From positions 55,552,001 to 55,616,000 of the forward strand of contig OZ024743.1 of assembly GCA_964016885.1 (NCBI GenBank): 64,000 nt of DNA. The letters run 5' to 3'. Below, piece after piece: positions 1-12,300 of this stretch (positions within the stretch are counted from its first letter, which is position 1; the number at the start of each line of letters is the position of its first letter). The DNA is from Eledone cirrhosa (lineage: Eukaryota). A program made the translations under genes and the position numbers. A model generated the notes under the pieces. The model was not told the origin of the DNA and made no database searches. It was given only the letters and a program-made list of their open reading frames with translations.

Positions 1-330
1 CGAGTGAACGGGACCACTCTGAATATACGTCTGTAGTTTGAGAGATGGAAAAATTGAGAGAGAGCGCTTGCCCTGGTAGTCAGCGTGGCCGTGGTCTTTT
101 GTGTGGTTTTCGCCACGAGTAACTCTCGGAGGTTTCCCCCCTATTGGGGAATTTTTCATTGTTTCAATTTTCATTTTATTGTTTATATATATATATCTTT
201 TATGTCTTTTTTTTCTTCTTTTCTTATATAAATAATAAAAATATTTACACGCACAAAACCCACATCGTACCGTCCTGTTCCGTCTGTGATGTTTTTCTTG
301 ATGTCAGCCCTTGTGGCCAATAAAGAAATC
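1..330 (+). mobile_element. 3' end of a Tx1/L1-clade LINE, divergent subfamily, with (ATT)n tail
   Basis: Bases 1-36 translate to RVNGTTLNIRL*, matching the C-terminus RVNGPTLSIYL* of ORF 5593-9012. The 3'UTR shares cttgccctggt.gtcag, the ccc-ctatt-gggg hairpin and the terminal cttgtggccaataaagaaatc, followed by (ATT)n at 331-365. Confidence 0.85.
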
Positions 331-365
331 ATTATTATTATTATTATTATTATTATTGTTGTTAT

Positions 366-2673
366 TACTCTTTGAGTCTCAGTCATTGATGTTAGTTAAC
401 TGGAAAGTTTGTTGAAATGAATATCAAGCCACTACTTGCAGCCTCAGATATTCAGGACGTATCGGAGGGTTCTTGCTGTTCCCAGCAAGCATGCCTTTTG
501 AAGCGTTCCAAAAAGCGTGACGGGGTCAATTTTCTTTAACCATCCCTGGAAACTTTTTGAGATTGTCCCTAGTGCGCCTATGACAATCGGGATCACTTTG
601 ACTTCATGGCAGTTCCAAATCCTTTTTACCTCCCACTTTAAGTCCTGGTATCGGTTAATTTTCTCCCTCTCCTTCTCTTGCACTCTCGTGTCGAATGGGC
701 AGGCCACATCCACAATCAGGCACGATCTTTTTTCTTTGTCCACAACCACCAGGTCAGGTCTATTGTGTTCTAGTTTCTTGTCCGTCTGTATCCTAAAATC
801 CCACAGCACCTTCACCTGATCGTTTTCTATCACCGCCTCTGGCTTATGCTCATACCACTTCTGAGAATGTGGTAAATTGTTTACTTTGCATAGGTGCCAG
901 TGGATCACCCTGCTCATCACATCATGTCTCCAGCCCTTATAGTGAGTCTGGGCTAGGTGTTTACAATCGGATACAACGTGAGCCACAGTCTTCCTCTCTC
1001 TCCACAGATCCTGCACAGTGGGCTAGCCTCCTCCTTATAAATATTGTATTTCAACTACTTCGTTTTGAGGGCCTGCTCCTGCGCAGCCATTAACATTCCT
1101 TCTGTAGCCTTTTTAAGGTCTCCTCTTTTCAACCAGTTCCATGTCTGTGGATCTCTAAATTCAGTTTTCTCAAAGAAGGTAATATGAAGGGATTTTTCCT
1201 GAAGGCTGCTCTTTCTCCTTGATGTTATTTCCTCCTTGGACATCCCCTGGCCTATTGTCCCTTCCTTCAGTACAGTTCTGAGCATCGGCTCCTTACTATC
1301 AGTCACGTATTTGTGTAGGTTGGTTTTCTCCATCTGAACACATTCCTCTATGCTGATAAGACCTCTTCCACCCTCAGATCTCCTTAAGTAGAGTCTATCG
1401 ACATCACTCCTCCTGTGGAACATGTTGTAGATAATCAATAGCTTCCTAGTCTTCCTATCCATTTCTTTCTGTTCAGCAACATTCCATCTCAGAATTCCCG
1501 CACTGTACCTAATAATAGACACAGCTCGGGAATTTACTGCACTTATGGCATTCCTACTGTTCAGATTGACTTTAATACGCTCCTTATTCTCCGAATGTAT
1601 TCAGTTCTTCTCAATTCCTTCATTTTTTTGTTCTTCATGTCATCAGCCTCCAGAACACCCAAATACTTGTATCCTTCTTCAGAGTCAATTTCCTTTATCA
1701 TCTCACCTGTTGGTACCTGGATTCCGTTACTTCTGCTCAATTTACCCCTCTTCATCACTAGGACTCCACACTTACTAATACCAAATTGCATACATATATC
1801 ACTGCTGAAAATACGGAGAGTGTCAACAAGTACATCCAACTCCTTCTCACTCTTCTCGAAGAGCTTAAGATCGTCCATGAAGAGGAGGTGATTGATGGTA
1901 AGCCCTCCCTTTCCCAACCTGTATCCTGCTCTCACTTTTCGCAGTACACTGGTCAGGGGCATCAAGGACAAACAACAGAGGGGACAGACTATCTCCCTGG
2001 AAGATACCCCTCTTGATCTTCACGCTTCCCAAGTATTCTCCAGTTGATGTTAACTCTGTTTCCCAGGACTTCATACTTTTGCCCAACAACTGCCTGATGT
2101 TATCTGCCACCTTGAAGATCTCCAGGCTTTTGGTGATCCAAGAATGAGGCACCATGTCAAATGCCTTTTTGTAGTCTATCCATCCCATGGCAAGATCAGT
2201 GTGTCTCCTCTTGCAATTCCTCATTACCATCTTATCAATAAGTAACTGGTCCTTTGTACCACGTGACTTCTTTCGGCATCCTTTCTGTTCGTCCGGTAAC
2301 AAGTTGCTTGTGTGGAGGTGATGGTAGATTTTCTCAGACATAATGCTTGTCAACAGTTTCCACATTACGGACAGACATGTGATAGGTCTATAGTTGGTAA
2401 CATCATTACCCTTGATTCGGTCTTTCATTATCAGAACTGTGGTACCTTTTGTCCACCACTCTGGTACCTCACCTGACATCAAGCAGTCATTGGACATATT
2501 TGTCAGTTCGGGTGGCGGGATGTTATATTTTTAATCCAATACCCCTGCAAACCATCTGGGCCTGGTGATTTCCAGTTGGTTAGTTTTTTGGCCTGCCCCT
2601 TAAGAGTTTCAACTGTGATACTCAAATCAGTTTGTTGGTGTGCCTGTTCACTAATCTCCTTCTGTACTGTCTC
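366..2673 (-). mobile_element. 5'-truncated, frameshifted R4/Dong-like non-LTR retrotransposon (RT + restriction-like endonuclease)
   Basis: The consecutive minus ORFs carry RT motifs (SPGPDGLQGYWIK, NYRPITCL, WIDYKKAFDMVPH, GIFQGDSLSPLLF, HLLFMDDLKLF, YKYLG) and an RLE domain ([34 protein letters not shown]). It is flanked by (TAA)n on its own strand at both ends. Confidence 0.9.
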
Positions 2674-2691
2674 ATTATTATTATTATTATT

Positions 2692-3218
2692 TTGCCCCGC
2701 CCCTTCCTTTAGCCGGGAAGGGCAGGCAGTTTTTATCTGTCTGGTGGCCATGGCGAAAGAGATAGTATGGTGGACACGTTTGAAAGGGCTGAAGACGAGC
2801 ACTTACCTCTTCGGTGATGCCCTGATTAACTTTTTCAAATTTCATTTGAAAAGGAAAATCAGGGTAGAGAGGGAAGTGCTCTCTTCCCAGCATTTTGTTG
2901 AAAGATGGGTGAGAGAAGCAAGTATGGTCCGAATGAATGGGCCTTCTCTGAGTATGTGTCTGTAAATTAAAGGTGGAAAACTGGGAGAGGGCACTTGCCC
3001 TGGTGGTCAGGGCCACTGTGGTCTTTTAATGGGCTTTCTCCACAAATGTCCCTCGGAAGTCTCCCCTCTATTGGGGAATTTTTCTTTGTTATTTTATTTC
3101 AACCTCCGTTTTTTTTACACGCAGAAATGCCCATTTGTACCGTCCTGTATTGTCCTGTATTGTCCTGTACTGTCCTTAATGTCTACTTTATGTAAACCCT
3201 TGTGGTTAATAAAGAAAA

Positions 3219-3276
<58 letters not shown>
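2692..3276 (+). mobile_element. 5'-truncated Tx1 LINE copy (ORF2 C-terminus, 3'UTR, (ATT)n tail)
   Basis: Near-identical to 8739-9270 and 14650-15175. It encodes SFSREGQAVFICLVAM...MCL* and has a tail at 3220-3276. Confidence 0.92.
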
Positions 3277-3490
3277 GAATGCTATGGTTGACGGAGGCTC
3301 GGCTCTGTAAGGTACTGTACATTTTGAACGCTTTAACAATTGTAAATTGTTTAAAACTTAGACCAACTTGTAGACAAAAACACCCTCCTCCTCGTGAGAG
3401 GGGTCTTTCTGCCCGTTATTTGGCCCTTCGGGTTAAATAACTGCTTATTGGGGTTTTGTACCCAATATTTATTTTTAACAAAAAAACAAC

Positions 3491-5590
3491 ATGACTACGA
3501 AAAAGAATTTGCATAGGACACTCCCACTCATTCCGTCTTCTTTTTCCTCAATCGTCACTACAGCAGAGAGAAGATTGTCTCTCTCCCTCCCTTCTTTAAA
3601 TGTGTCTCTCTCCCTCCCTTCTCTTTCGCAAGCGACGAAAGAAAATAAAAGTCTCGTGCAAAGCGTGCAAGGTTTCTCCACGACGACGACGACAGCGACG
3701 AAACAGGTGTGCGGGAAATACGAAAACCCAGTTCATTCGTCTGACGTCAGGAATAATAGCAGTAGCAGCCGTAATGAACAACAGCAACAGTGACAATGAA
3801 AACAACAGTAGCAGCCGCAACAGCATCACCAGCAGCATAAACAACAACAGCATTAGCAGCAGCAACACCAACAACAACCACAGCAACAGCGGCGGAGGCA
3901 GTAGTCGTAGTACATGCAGCAACAACAAAAGTACCAGCAGCTCTGACGACAGCAACAACAACAGCAGCAGAGAAAAACCAATCTCATTTGCAGGTATTGC
4001 GAAAAACTTGGAAACAATCCTCATAACAAATGAGGAATTAGAGGAAGCGAAGAAGATGGTGACAAAGAATGGACACCGAGCAATCTGCAAGGCAGCGGAA
4101 AAATTTTTCGAAACCCAACAGCACTGTACGGTCACGTACCGTACAGTAAGTACAAAATCCCGTAGGGTGGAAAGAGCCACAGAGGCTCAAATACAAAAAG
4201 CCTTGGGGTCTGTGTGGCAGCGGAAAACGCACATCACCCGAGGCAAAAAATATGCCACCGTAGACGTACTTTTTTCCACACCCCAGGAGGCAAAGGCCCA
4301 ATCCGTAGTGACCCTAAGGAGCGAGGAAATGGTGTTGGTGCCCTCCTACTGCGGGCAAAAATGGCCCCTTCTTGGCTGGCCGCGTCTGTCCTCGTCGGAA
4401 TCGAGGACAAAACAACTGTACTGCAAGTACAGAAAAAAGTAAGAGAAGATTGGGTCGGCACCTCCATTGAGATGCTAATCCAAACCAACGAGGAGTGCAT
4501 CGAAGCTATCCCGGACGTGATAGACTTCGATATGGCACTCAACTGCCCATAAGTGTTGAAGGAAAACGCCCGAAATGCTTTCGCTGTGGATCGAAGACTC
4601 ACCTCAGGGCCTTCTGCAACGAGAAGACCCTGAGAAAGGAGAAACCCCCCCCCCCCTCCTTCCGAAACCGGCTCCACGGCTACCAGCAACAGGACAAGCG
4701 GCAACCAGGAACGATAGGTCCGTGGCACCCATACCCACGCCACGGAAATCAAAAACAGCAGCAGCAGTGGAAATATTAACAACAACAACAGCAATACCAA
4801 ATGCAGCTGCAACAGAGACTCCAGTGCAAACATCACCAACAACAACAAGTGAAAGAGTGGAGCTGGTACCCCTCCCCGACCTCACAGAATCAGACATGGA
4901 GTGTGAGGTGGGAGAGAGATGGCAAAAGGTCGTAAGAAGGCACAAACGCAGAAGCAGCGCATCGTCGCCTTTGAAAAGGGAGGAAAGAAATGAGAAAAGG
5001 GTAAAGTCTACTGCAAAGAGACCCACAGCAGCAACACCATCAACACCATCAACACCCACACTAGCACCACCATCACCACCGGCGACAACCCCACCGCCAA
5101 CAACACCTTCAACACCACCACCACAAGCACCAACATCGCAAACACAACAAAACACACACACCCAGCAACAACGACAAGAAAATAGCAGAACCACACCCCA
5201 CCCCCAGAAAAACAAATGCACGGCAATAAATACACACAACAAGAAACTAATGACTTACATAATTGAACACACAGACATTTCACAACACGACTACATAATA
5301 CCAGCACCAATCTAAACGCCAACTAATATAAGACTGCTAAAAATAGCACAGAAACAATACACAAACGTTAAACGAAATTCCCCAACGCAGTTGGTGATTT
5401 CAGGGACGTAGGAGGAACTATCAATCGAAGAGTATATTCAGACATTCTCTTAGAAGAGCCGACGACCAGCCGAAGGGACGATTCAACGGTCCCTTCACCA
5501 GACGAACAAGTGAAAAGGGATGTAAAAACCATCCCTCCTCTACCAAAAGTACGGGAAGTGGTCTTTCCCATCTTTTCCACTCTATTTTAA
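3491..5590 (+). pseudogene. Tx1 ORF1 (gag-like nucleic acid binding protein), frameshifted
   Basis: Pieces in several frames: N/S-rich N-terminus, a conserved block (CTVTYRTVSTKSRRVERATEAQIQKALG), CCHC knuckle CFRCGSKTHLRAFC, a P/T-rich tract, and a final frame ending VFPIFSTLF* (TAA 5588-5590) two bases before the ORF2 ATG. Confidence 0.75.
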
Positions 5591-5592
5591 AC

Positions 5593-8500
5593 ATGACCTC
5601 ACTCAGAATAGGCAGCATAAATGCGCGTGGCTTGGGGTCGTCATGGAAGCAGGGTCACCTGCTCAACGACCTCAGGTCACTAAACATAGATATAGTGGCC
5701 ATCAGCGAGACCAGAATCTCCGAAGCACGGGCCTTCGCACCGATCTTCGGCGGCTACGATGTGTACGCATCTCCCAGCCGTCCTGGATCGGGGGGAGGAG
5801 TTGCTGTGCTTTTTCGGAGAGGTTTGGATCTCGCCATACGGGCCATCTTCCTGGACCCAGAGGGTAAGCTGGTGGTGCTGGACGTGACCAACGGAGACGG
5901 GCAAGCTTTCAGGCTAGTGGCCGTCTATGCCCCGACAGGAGCAGGGCGGCCTGATTTCTTCCGGCGTCTGGAGACCTTTCTTGGAACGTCCCGCTCTTTA
6001 GTGTTAGTGGGCGACTGGAACGGGATCTTAGATGCACGCTGGGACTGTGTGGGATTAGCGCATAGGGGTGGAGGGTGCAAGAGCCTCACCAACCTGCTCA
6101 GGCGTTTTGAACTGTCTGACAGGTACCGATTGGATTTCCCGAATGTGCCAATGTGGACTTGGACAAACCGCATAGGGTCATCCAGATCATATCTAGATAG
6201 AGTATTTTGTAGGGAAATAGATAGGTATAGCATAGGCTGTCCACAATTCAAGATAGTCAGCTACACGGACCACAAATTCGTGACCTGTGTGCTTGACTTA
6301 GATAGGCTTCATAGACGAGGACCCGGCTACTGGAAGCTAAACGCGTCCTTACCAGCGCGCAAGGCCTACAGAGACCGGATTAGCGAACTAGTTAAGCGGG
6401 CGTTGACGGGGGCCATCGTCAACAACAAGTGGTGGTTTGCTCTGAAAAGAGCGATTAGAATAGAATCGATTAGGTTTAGTAAGGCTTTAGCAATAGAGAA
6501 AAATAGAGCAGAGGGAGAACTAGTTAAAAAATTAGACGAGGCGCTTAGCAAAGGCATTGCGACCGACGTGCTTGCGGTGAAATTGGCCCTTGACCAATTC
6601 TTCAATGCAAAGCACGAAGGCTGCGTTGTCAGAGCTAGGGTGCGTGCTCTCAGACACGAGGGGACGAAAGCCGTTCAATGGGCCCGAGTGGCGGAGGCGC
6701 GTCGTGGCAACAAAGCCACGATCCGGTCTTTGGTGGACCACGACGGGCGCATGCTACTCGATCCCGGGCAAATGTGTGAAGCTTTTCAGCGACACTTCGC
6801 TCAGCTGTTCGGGGGCAGCGGGGGGCCGGGTAGAGGGATGGACTTTAGTGTCTACCTCGACGGACTGCCGCGGCTCTCGGCCACTGAGGCGAAGTGTTGC
6901 GAAAAGCCGATAACAGCCGCTGAAGTAAGGGAGGCAATGACTGGCTGCACAAGGGGTAAATCGCCTGGTTTGGATGGTCTGCCCGATGAACTTTACGTAC
7001 AGATGCCAGACTTGTTCGGAGGCCTCTTGGCGGACGTCTACTGCAACTGGCAACAGAACGGGAGAATGCCCAGTTCTGTGAGCCGAGGAGCGGTGGCACT
7101 GCTGAGAAAGGATCCGAACAAGGGGGATAACATAGACAATTTCCGGCCCATAACTCTGCTAAACACAGAGTTTAAGATTTTGGCGAAGGTGCTAGCAAAG
7201 AGGTTGGCGCTTGTCGTTGGTGGTCTGGTGGGAGAGGCGCAGACATGCGCCATTCCCGACAGATCCATCCACGACAACCTCCACCTCATGCGATACATCG
7301 TAGAGAGGGTAGCTAGGGAACCTGGCACGGGTGGGTCCTTGATCAATTTAGATCAGTCGAAAGCGTTCGATAGGGTCGACCATCGTTACCTAGCGGCAGT
7401 CCTGAGGGCGGCTGGCTTTGGGCCCGTCTTCAGAGGCTGGATCGCTGCCATGCACAGCGACATCTGCTCTGTGGTGAGAGTGAACGGTCACCTGTCGGAA
7501 CCGTTCAACATCATGCGCTCGGTCCGCCAAGGATGTCCCCTCTCGTCCCTCTTGTACGTATTGACTCTCGAGCCATTACTGCACAAACTGGAGACGTTGA
7601 GGGGAGTCCCGCGCGAACTAGGATGCGGAAGATCAGTGTCAGCATATGCGGACGATGTCACCGTAGTGGTGTCGAGCGCCAAACACATCGAGGCGATCGG
7701 CACTACACTAAGAGAATACGAAGCGGTGACAGGAGCAATGATCAACCAGGAAAAGTCAGTGGGCCTGCAGCTCGGCACCTGGAGAGGCAGGTCCATGCCG
7801 TCCAACAGCGTCGTCGGACGCTGGACGGACGGACCGGTTAAATTGCTAGGGGTCTGGTTCGCTCCGGACCTCCAGACGGACAAAAACTGGGACGAGGTGA
7901 CGAGCACGGTGGCTTCTCTCACCCAGAAATGGGCGGAGAGGAAGCTATCCCTGAAAGGTCGAGCGGAGGTGGCTAACGCGTACATCGCGTCCGTCATCTG
8001 CTACCGTCTGACCGTCGTACCTTGTCCTAAGCCTCGCCTGACTGCGCTGGAGCGTTTGCTCTTTCGCTTTTTGTGGAAGGGACGCGCTCCGATGGTCAGG
8101 CGGTCCATCTGTTGTCAACACCCGCTACGTGGAGGGCTGGGCATGCCGTGGCTGATGATGCGCAGGCACGCGCTCAGGCTACGACATCTCCACCTCTTCC
8201 TCGACGGTGATCAGGTGTGGTCGCCGTTTGCTAGGCGCGTGTTTCCCCAGCTCGTTTCCTTGACGGAGCTGCAGTCCTGGGTCAAGCGAAGACCGAGAGG
8301 GAGCGCCTGGAGACTGGAATGTCTTCAGGCGCTCACAGCCCTCGACCAATCGGGCAATGTGATCGGTGGAAACTCCACCTCGGCGTTCTATAGAGGATTA
8401 GTGGAGGGGAAGAGCGATGACGTACTTGGGGAAACTCTAGGCGTCGACGAAAATCAACTAGCCAATCTCTTCGGAAGAACTTTCGGGCCAGGGCCTATGG

Positions 8501-9012
8501 ACAACTTCCAGAAATCTCTGGCCTGGCAGTGCTACCGAGGAGCCTTGCCAGTTCGGGATAAACTCTACAGGCATGGAGGTGCCGTCAGCCGGGCATGTCC
8601 GAGATGCGCGCAGGGCGACGAAACCGTCCTGCACGCACTCGTCCAGTGTCCGAAAATTGCTGACTTGTGGGTTTATGTCGAACACCTGCTGTCGCGTTTA
8701 GGACGGATCCGGCTATCATCTGAGTCCATCGTGAGGATTGCCCCGCCCTCCTCCTTTAGCCGGGAAGGGCAGGCAGTTTTTATCTGCCTGGTGGCCATGG
8801 TGAAAGAGATAGTATGGTGGACACGTTTGAAAGGGCTGAAGACGAGCACTTACCTCTTCGGTGATGCTCTGATTGACTTTTTCAAATTTCATTTGAAAAG
8901 GAAAATCAGAGTAGAGAGGGAAGTGCTCTCTTCCCAGCATTTTGTTGAAAGATGGGTGAGAGAAGCAAGAATGGCCCGAGTGAATGGGCCTACTCTGAGT
9001 ATATATCTGTAA
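5593..9012 (+). CDS. Tx1/L1-clade ORF2: APE endonuclease + reverse transcriptase + C-terminal CCHC zinc finger (1139 aa, intact)
   Basis: APE motifs (GSINARGL, ISET, VYAP, GDWN, SYLDRV, TDH, GYWKLN), RT motifs (KSPGLDG, FRPITLLN, LDQSKAFDRVDH, VRQGCPLS, YADD, KLLGV) and CPRC...ETVLHALVQC. Confidence 0.95.
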   Translation: MTSLRIGSINARGLGSSWKQGHLLNDLRSLNIDIVAISETRISEARAFAPIFGGYDVYASPSRPGSGGGVAVLFRRGLDLAIRAIFLDPEGKLVVLDVTNGDGQAFRLVAVYAPTGAGRPDFFRRLETFLGTSRSLVLVGDWNGILDARWDCVGLAHRGGGCKSLTNLLRRFELSDRYRLDFPNVPMWTWTNRIGSSRSYLDRVFCREIDRYSIGCPQFKIVSYTDHKFVTCVLDLDRLHRRGPGYWKLNASLPARKAYRDRISELVKRALTGAIVNNKWWFALKRAIRIESIRFSKALAIEKNRAEGELVKKLDEALSKGIATDVLAVKLALDQFFNAKHEGCVVRARVRALRHEGTKAVQWARVAEARRGNKATIRSLVDHDGRMLLDPGQMCEAFQRHFAQLFGGSGGPGRGMDFSVYLDGLPRLSATEAKCCEKPITAAEVREAMTGCTRGKSPGLDGLPDELYVQMPDLFGGLLADVYCNWQQNGRMPSSVSRGAVALLRKDPNKGDNIDNFRPITLLNTEFKILAKVLAKRLALVVGGLVGEAQTCAIPDRSIHDNLHLMRYIVERVAREPGTGGSLINLDQSKAFDRVDHRYLAAVLRAAGFGPVFRGWIAAMHSDICSVVRVNGHLSEPFNIMRSVRQGCPLSSLLYVLTLEPLLHKLETLRGVPRELGCGRSVSAYADDVTVVVSSAKHIEAIGTTLREYEAVTGAMINQEKSVGLQLGTWRGRSMPSNSVVGRWTDGPVKLLGVWFAPDLQTDKNWDEVTSTVASLTQKWAERKLSLKGRAEVANAYIASVICYRLTVVPCPKPRLTALERLLFRFLWKGRAPMVRRSICCQHPLRGGLGMPWLMMRRHALRLRHLHLFLDGDQVWSPFARRVFPQLVSLTELQSWVKRRPRGSAWRLECLQALTALDQSGNVIGGNSTSAFYRGLVEGKSDDVLGETLGVDENQLANLFGRTFGPGPMDNFQKSLAWQCYRGALPVRDKLYRHGGAVSRACPRCAQGDETVLHALVQCPKIADLWVYVEHLLSRLGRIRLSSESIVRIAPPSSFSREGQAVFICLVAMVKEIVWWTRLKGLKTSTYLFGDALIDFFKFHLKRKIRVEREVLSSQHFVERWVREARMARVNGPTLSIYL

Positions 9013-9283
9013 ATTAAAGGTGGAAAACTGGGAGAGGGCACTTGCCTTGGTGGTCAGGGTCATTGTGGCTTTTTACTGGGCTTTCACCACAAATGTCCCT
9101 CCGAAGTCTCCCCCCTATTGGGGAATTTTTCATTGTTATTTTCATTGTTATTTTTGTTACATCCTCTGTTTTTGTTTTTTACACGCAGAAATGCCCATTT
9201 GTACCGTCCTGCATTGTCCTGCACTGTCCTTAATGTCTACTTTATGTAAACCCTTGTGGTTAATAAAGAAATCATTATTATTA

Positions 9284-9321
<38 letters not shown>

Positions 9322-12300
9322 GGCGACCTACGTAGTAAATCGTATTATCGTGAGCTCCGCAAAGGTTTGTTATTTTCAGTTGTTTAAAATTGCCATTTAT
9401 GGAAATTTTTTATTGTTAACTGTATATAAGTGCACATACATTGTTTTCTGAAAAGGACACTCAAAAAGATTGGGGCCTTGAGCCCCAAATTTAAACTTTT
9501 ATAATTATCAAACAAAAAATTTTTCTTTGAAAAAATCATGGACGACTCAAGGTCACACTTTCCTCACAAACTAACACCTCAGACCGACACCACCATTGTA
9601 AATATTACTACGTTTGCCAACACTAAAAATATAAGTAGTAGCAATATTTTTAATTTGTCTCAGGCAGACATTCATTTCCCGCCATTACCAATGACTGCAG
9701 GTGTTGAAGCCGCCACACCCACCACCACCACAGCGACAACAGAAACAAAAGAAAAAAATAAATTATCTCGTGATATCGAAATGATTTCACCCAGAATGAA
9801 CTCTTCCACACTGAACACCTCTGACGCCACCACCACCACAACTGAAACTAAAATTAACAATAACAAAAATAACGATAACAACAACAGCAACAATGAGAAT
9901 AAGAAAACCACCCTGTCTTTTGCCAGAGTAGCAAAAAAGTGCGAAGCATTCCAGGTAACTCAGGAGGAATTAGAAGAAGCCAAAAAAATGGTAAAGAAAG
10001 ATGGGTACAGGGTCAGCCTCACCCACCACCCTCTCACACACACACACCTAATAAAATGGAGCATCGGCGCCTATGCACCGTGTCTTATCGGACGATTAAC
10101 ATAAAATCGCGCCGAGTTGAACGGGCATCCGAGTCCCAAATCCAAAAAGCTTTGGGACATGTGTGGGCAAAAAAACCCCACGTCAGACGTGAACAGAAAT
10201 ATGGAACCGTGGACGTGTTCTTTGAAACACCACAGGAGGCCAGAGAACACTCCATGGCCCCATTAAGAAGTGACGACTTCACACTAGTTCCAAGCTATTG
10301 TGGCCAGAGACTCGTGAAGATCAGGGTGACCCACGTTCCACCGGCCATCGAAATTCCCTGGCTAATGGCTGCCGTCCTCGCCGCATCGAAGCTAACACGA
10401 AGATAATCGAAATAGAGAAAGAAAAGCATGAGAACTGGTACGGATGTGGGATGGAGCTCCTGATCCAAGCGGACCAAAAAAGCATTGAGGAGATCCCAGA
10501 GGTAATAGACCTCACTGACGGCAGCCACCTCACCGTAATCGTCGAGGGTAGAAGGCCTAGGTGTGTCGTTTGTGGTGAAGGAACCCACCTAAGGGCTTTC
10601 TGCCCTCAGGCTAAAAGGTTGAGGCCACCTCTCTTACCCACCCCAGTGACTCAAACATCAACACCACCAGCAGCAGAAAGGGCAGCAACAACTGTAGCAG
10701 CAGCAACAGAAGCAATTGTAACAGCAACAACCTCAGCAACAGTAGCAAAACCAACATCACCACCACCCAACGCGCCAGAACTAGCACCAGCGCCTACACC
10801 ATCCACCACGCCACAACCAAAACCAACGCCTGTGGAGGATTTTCCTCTCCCCGACCTATCGCAACTGGGGACAGATTGTGACGATGAGGAGTGGGAAACG
10901 GTATCAGGAAAAAAGAAAAAAAGAAAAAGAAACCAAAAAAGAAAAAATCCTCTTCCTTCCCCCTCCAAAAACAAAATACAGAGGGAAACAAATAAACTAT
11001 CAAACAAAAAAGTTAAGACAGCTATGCCACCATCCACATCAGCATCACCAACCCCATCACCACAAACACCAACACCATCACCATCATTAACCCCAACACC
11101 ACCATCACCAACACCACAAAAGTCAGCAAAAAGCGAAATAGAAACAAACCCACAACAAACGCAAACAAAACAAAACAACCAAAACGATACACACTGCACA
11201 GCATTAAATTTGAACAACAACCAATTATTACACTACATCCAACACAACACCAGCATCACAGAAAAAGACTACACAACAACCCAAAAGTTCACACCACCTC
11301 CACACATACAAATCACTCGCATCATACAGAAAACGTACACAACACTAAAACAAAAATTCCCCAAAGACATCGGAGACTTCCAACAAGCACTCTCCAGGAG
11401 GATTTATAAGGACATCCTTCCGGAGGAGGCCACAAGCAGTGAAAAGGATGGAGAAACCATCTTTCCTCTACGGTCTTTCCCATCTTTTCCACTTCATTTC
11501 AACATGACCTCACTCAGAATAGGCAGCATAAATGCGCGTGGCTTGGGTTGTCATGGAAGCAGGGCCACCTGCTCACTAAACATAGATGTAGTGGCCATCA
11601 GCGAGACCACAATCTCCGAAGCATGGGCCTTCGCACCGATCTTCGGCGGCTACGATGTGTACGCATCTCCCAGCCGTCCTGGATCGGGGGGAGGAGTTGC
11701 TGTGCTTTTTCGGTGAGGTTTGGATCTCGCCATACGGGCCATTTTCCTGGACCCAGAAGGTAAGTTGGTGGTGCTGGACGTGACCAGCGGTGACGGGCAA
11801 GCTTTCAGGCTAGTGGCCGTCTATGCCCCGACAGGAGCAGGGCGGCCTGATTTCTTCCGGCGTCTGGAGACCTTTCTTGGAACGTCCCGCTCTTTAGTTT
11901 TAGTGGGCGACTGGAACGGGATCATAGATGCACGCTGGGACTGTGTGGGATTAGCGGATAGGGGAGGAGGGTGCAAGAGCCTCACCAACCTGCTCAGGCG
12001 TTTTGAACTGTCTGAAAGGTACCGATTGGATTTTCCGAATGTGCCAATGTGAACTTGGACAAATCGCATAGGGTCATCCAGATCATATCTAGATAGAGTA
12101 TTTTGTAGGGAAATAGATAGGTCTAGCATAGGCTGTCCACAATTCAAGATAGTCAGCTACACGGACCACAAATTCGTGATCTGTTTGGTTGACTTAGATA
12201 GGCTTCATAGACGAGGACCCGGCTACTGGAAGCTAAACGCATCGTTACCAGCGCGCGAGGCCTACAGAGACCGGATTAGCGAACTAGTTAAGCGGGAGTT

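Larger units (their letters stand above)
3277..9321 (+). mobile_element. Apparently full-length Tx1/L1-clade LINE, copy 1
   Basis: 5'UTR, ORF1 with zinc knuckle, intact ORF2, 3'UTR ending aataaagaaatc, and an (ATT)n tail at about 9274-9321. It starts directly after the (ATT)n tail of the preceding copy. Confidence 0.92.

Noticed and set aside
2985-3070. tRNA gene within the Tx1 3'UTR
   Set aside because: Only a D-arm-like hairpin is present, with no T-arm/B box or acceptor stem.
3277-3480. HDV-like ribozyme at the Tx1 5' ends (also 9322-9500)
   Set aside because: Simple hairpins are present, but I could not build the nested double pseudoknot by eye.
10298-11716. Apparent ORF1-ORF2 in-frame fusion in Tx1 copy 2
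   Set aside because: Copy 1 shows ORF1 stopping at 5588-5590 before the ORF2 ATG, and copy 2 has many indels, so the fusion is probably decay.
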